A stretch of DNA of 64,000 bases, from positions 620,001-684,000 of the forward strand of contig NEEC01000016.1 in NCBI GenBank assembly GCA_002189035.1, read 5' to 3'. The stretch is from Utricularia gibba. Taxonomy: Eukaryota; Plantae; Magnoliophyta. Shown here piece by piece: positions 1-10,679 of this stretch (position 1 is its first letter; each line of letters begins with the position of its first letter). The notes under the pieces were generated by a model. That model worked only from the letters and a program-made list of their open reading frames with translations. It did not search any database and was not told the DNA's origin. The translations under genes were made by a program, and so were the position numbers.

Positions 1-13
1 GTGTCCTGTGGAG

Positions 14-1402
14 ATGGTGATGCGGATGGATTCCGGATTATCTGCATACTCCGGCCTGCTTACGAGCCCCGGAACGCCGGAACACGGCGAAAATGATCCC
101 GGGACGAAGACTTGGAGTTCAGAACGAGTGCCATTTCCTGCAAGGAGACAGATCAGTGCTGCAGCATTGATCCCCTTAACAGTGGGAGAGCTTTGCCATC
201 AAAATGGGACGATGCTGAGAGATGGATTACCAGTCCGATATCCGGCAACTGCCCCTCACTGGTTCATATGCAGCGACACCTCAAGTCCAAGAGCGGCCCT
301 ATCAGGCCCACCGTTCCATATTCCTCAGTCTGCACGCCTGCACAAGACGGGAAAATCAGCTACTTGATCAGGAGTTCACCGGAAAACAGGGGTGAGCTAG
401 TGCCTCATGATGGTTTATCTCCTGGAAATACTCCGGTATCAGAGGCATTTGGTGAAGATATTGCCATTTCTGGGAGTATTCCAAGTGCACTGGCGTTAGA
501 AGATTTGAGTAGTGAGACTTCAGAGCCAGCTTCTACAGGTAAACAAATATTTGACAGAGTCCCTGTACATGTTTATTTTGCAAGTTCATGCCATGGAATC
601 CTAAATGAAACATCCCAGATGGAAGAAATGGAACCTGGAGGGAAGAAGATGATATTTTCCTTCAAAGTAGGGATGCAGCAACTCAAATGAGTCCAGGTGG
701 AAGCACACGATCATCGTCAAGGGGCCGGTTATCGTTCTCATTACCACCTTTTCTGGTTACCAGCCATGAAAACTCTGATGTCCGAGATGTTCAGGTGGAC
801 AAAAGCACCACAAATCCAAGTAAAGGTGGTGTCCTTAAGATGATTAGAGCAAGCAAAAATGCAGAGCACTCGCCTTCAACGTGGAACAACAGCGAGACAT
901 CAAAAAAGTTGTCCAAGTATGCAAATGACCACTACAGTATTAGCCAACACATAAAGAGTTTCTCCGAAATGAAGAACATTCTACATCTGATCCACTATAT
1001 GAAAATCTACATTGAGACAATGCTCAAATGTTCACATTTTGGTCAATCTGCAGGATAGAAAGAGAAGCAGCCAAGATCTCTGCTTGGGAGAAATTGCAGA
1101 AGGCAAAAGCTGATGCAGCACTACGCAAACTCGAGGTCTCAAGAAAAATTGTGTTCTGAAAGTTGATAAACCAACTCTATTTCATAACACAAATCATGCG
1201 TTTTTTACAGATGGAACTAGAGAAGAAGAGATCAGCTTCTATGGATAGGATAGCACACAGGCTCAGGCAGGCAGAAATTAAAGCCCAAGCCAAGAGAGAT
1301 ATGCTGTTTGGTGCAGCTCCAGCGACATCCCGTACCAAATTTTTTGGCTGTCACTATTTTACCATATGTTTTCGCTCTAAAAATGGCTGCAAGAAAAGTT
1401 AG
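14..1402 (+). CDS. Remorin family protein (group 5-like, C-terminal remorin coiled coil), 4 exons, apparent 1-bp deletion near 172-177
   Basis: Motifs SPGTP..WSSERVP, SGRALPSKWDDAERW, SRDAATQMSP and IEREAAKISAWEKLQKAKADAALRKLE/MELEKKRSASMDRI. GT-AG introns 539-618, 917-1053 and 1136-1210 keep the frame. Start codon uncertain (14 or 20, or upstream of the window). Confidence 0.88.
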
Positions 1403-1989
1403 TTTCTAAGTCAGAAGCCATATACAATGCAATGATGTACCATCCCTTGTGGGATCACAGAGTCGAATGCTTCCATTAACATTTTATGATCCAACAAATA
1501 TAAGAAGACTCCATTATAAAGCAGTGTAAACAACCATGAGAAGTGCTGGGTGGAGCTTTTTATGCTTGTCATCAATTCCATAAACTAAAAACACACCAAA
1601 CTGCACCTACAACCTCTTTCCATGAACTTATAATCTTTACCAAGGACATCATACCTACTCTAGTTTCTTCTCCTTCCTCTCAAACACAAGAAACATCCTT
1701 ATAGCATAAAAAGACAGCATTGTATTGAATAGGTTATGCTGCACAGCATATCAAATTTAAATTCTTCTGCCTCAAAAATAAATCCTCTGACGCAGGAAAA
1801 CAAAAACTCCTAGCAGAAATTAAGTAATGCCATGAAAATTTCTTCACGTAGAAGAAACCATGCACGAAGTTAGTCCATTTCCTGCCCAAAGTATTTGAAT
1901 CAACTCCACATCGGAGTTTATGAAGTATGAGCGCGGGAACACAACGATACACCCTTTGATCCCATATCTAGTACCGATGAGGGCCAAAC

Positions 1990-2700
1990 TAATGCGCGCC
2001 CCAATCGCCAAATTTCTCAACTTCATGCTCCTCCTCACTGCAGATGCGGCGTTAATCGACGCTGGGAACCGTGGATTGGAGGTCTCCGCGGAGTCGTTGG
2101 AGCTTTGGGCGTCCGCGGTGGAGGACGAAATGCTGGGCGGAACCGCCTCGATCCGGCGTTGATGTGTACTCTCATCCGACGAAGACCAAGTCGAATAATC
2201 AATCCCCTTTCCATCTACGCTTCGAAGGAATCGTTTCAAAGGCACAATTGCGGCCTTGTGTTGCTTCTCATGTGTCAGAGTGGCTCCTTAACAATTAGTT
2301 GTTGATTGCGAGGCCGCATCAATGGCACCGGCATGCCATTAAGATCAGTGACATCTGAGATTAACCCGTCTGGGCAAGATGGGGAACACAACACGGTGGC
2401 TGTAGTTGTAGAGTCGAGTGTTGGGCTCGGCCTTGGGAGTTGTATCGTATCAAGGCCGACACCCTGTCCCCCCATAACAACAGAAGCCGTGTTCCGGGGC
2501 CGCAATCAACGCCAATCAGCGTCCCTGATTCCGATGGCTTCGGCTATGTGGTCTGGAGACCAAACCCAAAGCCACAACCTTGTAGATGCCAGCCCTTATC
2601 ACTCAGATTTCAAGTATGAGAGACTGTTGGGAAGATGATGTGAAGTTTCCCTGAACTTGCGAAGGCACACTTGCAGGGAAGATCTGAAAAGCATTGATGA
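1990..2700 (+). mobile_element. Decayed L1-clade LINE ORF1 remnant (DUF4283 / zinc-knuckle type)
   Basis: Collinear motifs across broken frames: FHLRFE...EWLLNN*LLIARP..W, GMPLRSVTSEI, VFRGR...LIP and DFKYERL followed by a degraded C/H region. These resemble plant LINE ORF1 (FLFRFE..PWxFxNxLLxLRxW / GLPLxxxTEEI / FKYERLPxFC). Stops and frameshifts are present. Confidence 0.5.
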
Positions 2701-3232
2701 ATTTTCACCGGAATTATGACGTCAACAATGACGCCGTCGACCATGGGAAACCAATCCCCTCTGCACAGTTCACACCAAAAGGGAATTGTGACGCCATCGG
2801 CCATGGGAGACTTCCTCACTGGTCAACCCACCCTATGACGCCACGGCTTACTTCACGGAACCCCACCACTTCCATCTCCCGAAGGGTGTCTCAAACCAAA
2901 GGAAAGGAGCAGAATGGCATCCCCCTTGGCCCCTTGTACGCTGACGCCATGGCGGACGGCGGCGCTAATAAAAAGCACGTTGAACAGATTTGAGATTAAA
3001 GGCTGCAATTAGGGTAATTAATTCGTCGAGGTAAACCCTAGATGACAGTCACATGCCTATCTTCAAAGATACGCGCATTCCTCTGGACGGCAAGATCTTG
3101 ATTTTACAGTGACAAAATCCACACGCCTCTCCGCGGAATATCCACGTGCGTGCTTCTTCTCCAACTATAAGTACCATTCCGCCTCCCCAGCTTCTCGAAT
3201 TTCTCATCGCTTCCTCTCTCTGCACGCTGCGC

Positions 3233-4202
3233 ATGGGTTGGATCCGGGCCGTAGGTTGGGGCAAGGGAGTTTCGCCACCGTGGATACGGCGGTGCCGGTC
3301 GGAGGCAACGGAGGTTTGCCGCCATTGATGGCGGTGAAGTCGTGCTCTGCTTCGCGATCGGCGTCGGTGGTTAAGGAGAAGCTGATTTTGGAGGAATTAA
3401 AGGGTTGCCCGCATGTTATTGGTTGCTATGGGGAGTGTTTTTCGTGGGAGAATGGGGAAAGGTTGTATAACATGTTGTTGGAGTACGCCGCCGGTGGGTC
3501 ACTGGCGCAGAAAGTCAAGAATTTGGGTGGGTGTTTGCCGGAATCCGAAATCCGGCGATATACCAAAGGGTTGCTTCAGGGGATTCAGAGTATCCACGAA
3601 TTGGGATATGTGCACTGCGATATTAAGCTGCAGAACATTCTGCTGTTCCCTGAAGGCGGATTGAAGATCGCCGATTTCGGGTTAGCGAAGAGAGCCGGCG
3701 ACGAGAAGGCGGAGATGCGGGGAACGCCGATGTACATGTCGCCGGAGATGGTGTCCCGGGGTGAACAGGGCACCGCAGCGGATATCTGGGCACTCGGGTG
3801 TGTCGTAGCCGAGATGGCCTCAGGATCCCCCGTGTGGCGGTACTCCGACATACCATCCCTACTCTCGAAACTCAGCTCCCGCGACGCGGTGCCGGAGATC
3901 CCCCAAAACTTATCAGAACAAGGAAAGGATTTCCTACGAAAATGCTTCATCAGGGCTCCCGGTGCCAGATGGACGGCGACGATGCTTCTAAATCACCCTT
4001 TCGTGCACGACATCAACGACGTAGAGAAGCCGGCCTCCGTCTCCCCAAGATGCCCTTTCGATTTCACAGAGTCATCGGAGTGCTTCCCGATGCCGGAAAC
4101 GCGTCCAGCGAGTCGATCTCGGCGCCGGATCGCCTCCATAGGCTCCTCGAAGAAGAGTGGCCTGATTGGTCAACTTCCAACCGTTGGATCAGCATCAGAT
4201 AA
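3233..4202 (+). CDS. Intronless MAP kinase kinase kinase (MAPKKK17/18, NPK1-like), two apparent 1-bp deletions
   Basis: Complete kinase motifs: GQGSFATV, AVKS, HCDIKLQN, DFG, GTPMYMSPE, DIWALG. The family-typical start MGWIRG (ATG 3233) and C-terminus PDRLHRLLEEEWPDWSTSNRWISIR* lie in other frames and join if one base is added at 3246-3248 and one at 4086-4088. Confidence 0.92.
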
Positions 4203-6310
4203 CAAATCTTGTCCTAGGATCTTAGGACCCGGATAGATGCATCTCACCTGTACAGTTACATTCGGACCGTTGGATCCGACCAAATTTTGCACTTTTAGAA
4301 AAACAAATGATTAAACCTTTCTTTCTATTTTTAGCAACTTGCCTCTCTCCACTATATTTAGAAAAATGGATATGGATACATGAACACATTTCTAATTCAT
4401 ACTTTAATTACATAGATATTCCATATTTTTATAAAAATATAATAACTGGATTAAATTCTATTAACTTCTAATTAAATCACCACTTTAAAAAAAGGATTTT
4501 TAATTTCTGGAATTTGGGAGAGATTATTTTAATTAATTTCAAAATTTTACAAAAAAAGAAAAAGATTTTGGTCGATTTCCGAGGTAGGTACTCCGATAAG
4601 GGGCGGGCGGGGGTTTCTGCCTCCTGGTGAAAGCGACGGGGCGGGAGGCGGCCGCCAATATCCGGCCAATGGGAGATGCGCTTCAGCTGCTCCCAGGAGA
4701 TATGGTGCAAGTTGCGGAGGGGCGGTGGCGGGGTGCGCAGAACCGGGGCCTCGGAAAGCGGAATCGACGCAAGTTGCAGTAATATTCAATGCCCCTCGAT
4801 CTTAGAATCTGCCAATTGCCGAAATGATGAAATGGAACAAAATAACCCAAAAAAAATGGTGTACCGGAGATGCCCAGATGAACTGACTAGAGAGAAGATG
4901 ATGGTGCGGAGATGGCGGCAGCAACTGTACGAGATTTGCTTGTCTTCCTCCTCCCTGAGGGCGATGGATGACGAAGCCAAGTTGGGGATCGGAGGCCAAG
5001 TTGCTCTTTCTTTCCTTGTTATGCGTCGGAGGCATCTTTTACCCACCCACATCGCCAATCCGGATGAATTAGAATATTAATCATATATTAATATTATGTA
5101 AAAAAAATGATCATCTTATTTATATTTTTTTATTTAAATATGTGAGTGAATAAAACAGTGACAAATTTCGTCTTGCATTAACCACCACTCTAACCTTTTT
5201 GTAATTTGATTTAATTCTTTATATTTACACAAACTATATCTAAATTAAAATTCAAATGGTGTGTGACAAGCAAGTGTTACAAAGATATATTTAAAATAAT
5301 TAAAAAGAGAGAAAAATTCTCTGGAGTCAAAGTTCACTTGGGTCAACGGCGTTCGTCATGGAAAAAACATTTATTTAAGGAGTCAACGGTCAACCCCATT
5401 AACACTAATCATGAAATCAAGACCAAAAAAATAAAGGATTCAAAGCCGCGCCCTCCCTCCAGCGTGAGTCAAAACCCTAAAATTACTATTAAATCGCATG
5501 ACAATTAATCAGGGACTCACATTTTTTTTTCAAGTCGCACCCTATTTTAAAACGTGTTAAAAAAGCGTACCGAAAGTCAACTCTCAATATGAAGTCAACG
5601 CAGCGGGCAGGCACGTGTGCTTCCGGATAGGGTTTAATTATAATTAATTCCAAAAATCCAATTTTCGATTTAATTATACACAACCAACCCCCCATGATTT
5701 GATTTTAAAACAATGATCCAAACCCATATGCATTGAATCAACCCCAATTCCCTTAGTGGGGGGAGGGGGGGGGTGGGTGCATTGAATCAACCCCTATCCA
5801 AAGGCATCGCCCACTTGACCCGAGACTTATGGATCACCCATTCATTATTCATCTCACTTTCCAAATGCCTATCTCCCCCAGTGCCCTCCTCCCACTTGCC
5901 CTTTATTACAGCAACTTGGCAACTCTGTTGGTGGAGTCGCCCTTCCACTTGCAGACTTTGGACCCAGATCATGGTTACCGATGGGGTGGCTACTGGCTGC
6001 TGCTTCTCTTGGAGCATTTCCCAACCACCAAATGGTATGTTGCACAACCACCAAACCAAGGCAGAGAATCCTGAACTGAACTGAAATGAATCCAAGCAAA
6101 GACTTCTAAGAACAATCAAAGGGAAGGAAGCAGCTTGGCTTTCCTTTTTGGTTGATAGAAATGCTGAGGATTGGGCTGATAGGGATACTAACCGGTGGCT
6201 GTGATAACTCAGCAATGGTAATGGTGTAGCACAGTGAAAAAAATGGGAATGTTGTCACTATCAATGAGGAAGGCCAACACCAACTGTTGTTACCTTCGCT
6301 GTAAAGAGTT

Positions 6311-7604
6311 TTAGGTATGCTTCTTAGCACGACCGTTGGGTGGGCTGCATCTTCTCTCTTGGCACCGGATGACGTGGGCTTCTTTGCGCAGGCTGGAGCT
6401 CTGTCAGGTTCATATCGCTAGTCGTAGAACAGCTCTTCTTCTGCACAAATCCTTTCCTGTGCAAATGTGCCTACTCTGTGATCGCCGGGCTCCAAGATTA
6501 CCTGCCAACGTATGCTAATGATGGTTAGACAAAAAGCAGCTGGAGGTTCATATGGGAACGATGAATTTGACTGATTCGGATTGTAATTACCTTGGCATAG
6601 CAATTTGGTTCCTAAAAGAATAGCAGAAGGAGCATATCCATCTTCTAGCGAGGTGCTGCCCTCATTATCTCCATCACCGCTGGTGCCAACACCATTATGC
6701 ATATCTGTTGCATCCTTTTGCCTCTTTTCCAGCAAAGCAATCCCTCTATCAGCACAAGCTATCTTAAAATGCCTCCTTTCCATGAGAGCTTATAAAGATT
6801 TTTAGTGACATCTAGTACTTTATCAGTATTTTCTTGAATCCGCTTCTGTAGATCAAACGCAGAAGAAGAAAATTTCAAAATTTCCCCAAGTGATCAAATT
6901 TTGAAAAATATAAATATATATCGTTAATCTACCTGTATGTACATAAGGTGGAACATGGTTCTTTAGAAGAATCAATCACTATTACGACTATTTTGACTGA
7001 GGGACTTGTTTCTGCCTTCCCAACAATCTGATGTAACACACAAAATAGTCTCTTTGAGAATCAGTATTTTAAACTATTGTTCTTGGCTAAATGCAAGAAT
7101 GGAGGGGCGCACATTCATGTACCCGGTATGAGCAGATGAAGGAAAAAAACTTCAGCTTTAGTTGAAGACATAGATGCCAGGTGAGTAAAATATGGATAAA
7201 AGGGCCTGGAAAATGTGGATGTACTACATCATCAAGATGCATGAAAGAATCGAAAATTGATGCATCAGGACTGAAAAAGCAAGAAAATTTATTGGCCGAT
7301 CGAAGTGTGAACTACATATGGAGGCAATCCATAACAGTAAAATGCCAAGCGAAGCATCGTTTTACGCAACACAGTGGACTCCAAAAACCTATGCTTCAGG
7401 ATTGCAGAAAAGTTCAATGCACTTGCTTCTCCAACCCACAAAATCCTTCGCTGCTGATCTACATTTTTCTTAAAGAAACACGGAACGGAATAAAGCCCAA
7501 TCTCACACAAGAATGCTGATAAAAACACAGCTGTGAAGTGGAAGAAATACCGAAAGCTCGTATCCGGAGGCGGAGGCGTCGGAGGAGGCTTTGAGTGCCG
7601 ACAT
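6311..7604 (-). pseudogene. CLF: CURLY LEAF / E(z)-type histone methyltransferase relic with a large internal deletion
   Basis: Exon 1 7604-7551 (MSALKASSDASASGYELS); exon 2 7027-6933 (..VIDS/LKNHV); exon 3 from 6845 (KRIQEN...MERR...LLEKRQKDATDM...EDGYAPSAILLG) joined at about 6610 to EPNCYAK; intron 6590-6502; then GDHRVGTFAQERICAEEELFYD*RYEPDRAPACAKKP...GRAKKHT*. TAG at 6420-6418 replaces the Tyr of FYDY. Confidence 0.9.
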
Positions 7605-7879
7605 TGCCAAGGAATGGCATTGTGGCGTCAATGGCGGTATGGTTTTGAAAACAAACCCTAACGACCGAAGACCAATGCAGCGCCCATTCCTGCGCTTCCT
7701 TCCACACTGTAATTTTTTGTAGCAGTCGCAATGGTATCCATCCACAGCACATTCGCGTTATGCAGGAATCATCCCTGCGAGAGACCACACAACCACCACA
7801 CTCTTCTTACCTTCACTCAAGGAGGAACAAAGCATACTGCGAAAAATAATTGCTTCATCGATTTCAGGCGACATGCATT

Positions 7880-7939
7880 TGGGCTTTTAGTGGGCTGAAG
7901 TCAGTGCCAGCCCATCAGTAACGAAACTGGATAGGCCCA
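7880..7939. promoter_or_regulatory. Cluster of four site II (TGGGCY) motifs in the head-to-head CLF-relic / PAB promoter
   Basis: TGGGCT at 7880 and 7891, AGCCCA at 7909, GGCCCA at 7934; the two start codons (7604 minus, 8005 plus) are 400 bp apart. Confidence 0.6.
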
Positions 7940-8004
7940 TTAGTGCTGCAGTTTCTGAAAACGGGATAGGCCATCGGTGCACATGAACCACATTCGGCGA
8001 CGCC

Positions 8005-10015
8005 ATGAAGATTGGCGGAGGAGTGCTGTTTGGGATTCCACGCGCCGCCGCATTTCCCACAGGTCTCCAAGGCCGCCGCTTGCCGAATCTTCGCTGCTAC
8101 TCTTCTTCGTATCCTGGTACTCCAATTGCATTTTCAGAATTCCCGAGTTGTCTGTGCGGGAATTTGAGGTTTTCTCTAATGCAGACCACGCGCAGTTTAT
8201 AAAGGAAATTTCGGGTTTGGAGCCTCCCAAGCATTTGAAGAGTCTTCTCAAGATACTTACTGCTAGAGGTGAATCTCATCCCCTGAAACTTGATTCTAGA
8301 TTCGTTGGATTTCCCTTATATGTGGAATTCCGGAATCACATTGTCAGCTGTAGAAAACATGGCAACACCGTTGAAGATATAGTTGTTTTTTTTTTTGCTT
8401 TCGCCCTCATAACAGGTGAAGAATTACTCTCACCTGGAGCAAAGCGTGGAATGCTTCCTCTTTGTATCCCTCTCTCACGAAGCACTTCAGGTTTTTCTAA
8501 TGGCAGATAGAACGAGCATATGAAGCATTCGGCAACATTTTTTTGTTTTTGATATATCTGCATTTGGCATCGGTAGGCTCAATCACAGCATTGTTACGTT
8601 GGCCGACTGCTCCATCTTGGTAAACTGACCTCAACATGGAACAGAAAGCAATACTGCCATTGAAAGAAATGTGATGTTTTGAGTGCAAGTTTGCAGGATG
8701 GAGATGCCAGTAGTGGAGGTACACAACTATGGAGTGTGGTTTCTGGCTAAAAGTGTGAGCAGTTTTTTTCTGTTCACCATATTCAAGGGGGCTTTATTAC
8801 AGAAGGAGTAACATAACATATACCCATGTTGTTCTCTTGCTGTTGTTTGCTGTATCTGTATACAGGTTGAGCATTATATAAACAGAATATTAGCAGAAGA
8901 AGATGTCAAGAACTGCCAAGAAAGAAACGATGAGTTATTTGTTGTTTCAGGGGACTCCGGAAATGAGTTGTACAGACAGGGTGATTTTGCTGCTTCTCAG
9001 ATTTCAAGCTTGGAGACCTATCTTTTGAAGAAGGTAGCAGTTCAATTGGAACTTCTTACGTGGAACGAATCTTATATGTTTTATTTCTTTTTCGAATGGC
9101 ACAAGATGTACGAAACATGGGAAATCTAGTATAAGAACATTCTTGAGAGCCACTTCATTGTTGAAGCTACATTTATTATATTACAGGTGGGATTGTTTCC
9201 TGACATACTAGAAGACAAAATTAAGATGCATTTTGAGAAAGGAGACCATGTAAGATATTTTACTTGTGTTCAATGCGGAATGGTCTCTGTTTCCGTTTAA
9301 TGATACACGTTCTGTTGGTGTAAGGTTTCAGCTTTGGTGACTGCGGAATTTTATACCAAGAAGGAGCACTTCCCAGGTTTTGGGCGTCCTTTTGTCTTCA
9401 ATGCAGAAGTAATGATGAGGTAAATTAGATCCTATCCTTCTTCTACTGCAAGCACATATCTTGATCACCCTTCGTCACTTAATGAACTATCATTCTTCAT
9501 TGGCTCCCTAGAGTTGGACGACTCCCGGAAGCCAAAGATTCGGCAAGGGGAGCTCTAAAATCCCCTTGGTGGACTCTGGGCTGTCCGTATCAGGTATAAA
9601 CAAACAAAGCAGCTTTTCAAGCATTCAGCACAATGTGAGTTTCCAGGTTCACATAAACAAACAAAGTAGCCTTTCATGACTTCTCTAGGAAGTTGCTGAA
9701 ATGGCTCAATGGGAAGACGAGCAGATTGAGTATATCAAAGAGAGGGTATCAGAAGAAGGGAGGAATGAAGACATAAAGAAGGGAAAGGCGCCTGCTCAGG
9801 TCCAGCCACAGCATTGTTTCTCTCAAACATCATGCATAACATCTATTCCTTTTCATATTTTCTGAGCGCAGGTTTCACTTGATGAGGCTGCGTTTTTGTT
9901 GGATCTGGCTTCCGTTGATGGCTCATGGGATGACGAATGCCTGGAGAGGGTCTCCGAATGCTACAAAGAAGCTGGGCTCCATCAAATTGCGTCATTCATA
10001 CTTTACAGAGACTGA
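8005..10015 (+). CDS. PAB: PROTEIN IN CHLOROPLAST ATPASE BIOGENESIS (PAB)-like, about 11 exons
   Basis: Spliced translation MKIGGGVLFG...EPPKHLKSLLKIL..GEELLSPGAKRGMLPLCIPLS..GSITALLRWPTAP..MEMPVVEV..FPGFGRPFVFNAE..GALKSPWWTLGC..EAAFLLDLASVDGSWDECLERVSECYKEAGL; all introns GT-AG and in frame. Confidence 0.88.
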
Positions 10016-10312
10016 CAAGATGTGAAGGAAAACGAAGCAATGACTCCTTTGTGGGACAAGTGCCCGCAACTCCAACCCAACATGCAGTAACAAACAGAAA
10101 TATGGCTGCTCACCCATTCTGATCTTGTTGTGGAGGAAGTCGTGTCGGCCACAATGGAATGCAATTCTTTTTAAAGAAAAAAAATGGAAGAATTCTTAAA
10201 TGGGGCTTGAGATCAAGTCATTCCTGTTTGTCTGACTGATGATGAGCCCAGGGGAAAAAAAAATTAACAAAAGAAAATCTGCCGCAAATTGCGTTAGATG
10301 GGGTGGGTGGGC

Positions 10313-10317
10313 AAAAA
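10313..10317 (-). terminator. Putative RNA polymerase III terminator (T5)
   Basis: TTTTT on the minus strand 7 nt after the snoRNA-like 3' stem. Confidence 0.55.
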
Positions 10318-10324
10318 GGAAGAA

Positions 10325-10411
10325 GAGCTCAGGAGAGTGCTACTACTTCGCTCACATGAACAGCGATGCCCGGAACCCCCTGGTACCGGAAGGCACATTT
10401 CTTCATAGCTC
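10325..10411 (-). ncRNA. Box C/D snoRNA-like RNA (87 nt) directly downstream of a tRNA-like element; possibly snoR43 family
   Basis: 5' GAGC (10411-10408) pairs with 3' GCTC (10328-10325); box C variant ATGAAGA at 10406-10400; box D CTGA at 10332-10329. Guide target not identified. Confidence 0.68.
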
Positions 10412-10413
10412 GC

Positions 10414-10476
10414 GGCGCTTGCCGAGGATCGAACCAGGGCCGTCAGCATGATAGCGTTCAACTACACCGCTAGTGC
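10414..10476 (-). tRNA. Degenerate tRNA-Gly(GCC)-derived element (63 nt) without a normal anticodon arm; not a decoding tRNA
   Basis: GCACTAGCGGTGTAGTTGAACGCTATCATGCTGACGGCCCTGGTTCGATCCTCGGCAAGCGCC. Against the plant tRNA-Gly(GCC) sequence as I recall it: 14/18 identity at the 5' end, 20/28 at the 3' end, and a middle 8 nt shorter. B-box GGTTCGATCC retained; CAA triplets and AT-rich DNA lie upstream. Confidence 0.75.
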
Positions 10477-10679
10477 TGAGTTGTTGATGTTGGTAAATGT
10501 AACAAAAACTAAATATAACATTAATTTATAATTTTTTATTACATTTTAAATATGAATTGATTTTATACTAGTCATTAATAAAAAAATAATTTCACACATG
10601 CATCAATTTTAACTATATTAAAATTGTTAATTCCATTAAAATTAATTTTAAAATGATTTTTCCCTACATAAGCCTTTCT

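Noticed and set aside
3109-3232. N-terminal extension of the kinase ORF (MTKSTRL...)
   Set aside because: It starts at GTG and is not kinase-like; the family-typical start MGWIRG is at 3233 once the frameshift is corrected.
4560-5080. GC-rich stretch with ORFs on both strands and a GCCAATATC motif resembling the miR171 3' end
   Set aside because: No recognisable family, the miR171 match is partial and has no complementary arm; possibly a relic, but I cannot support a call.
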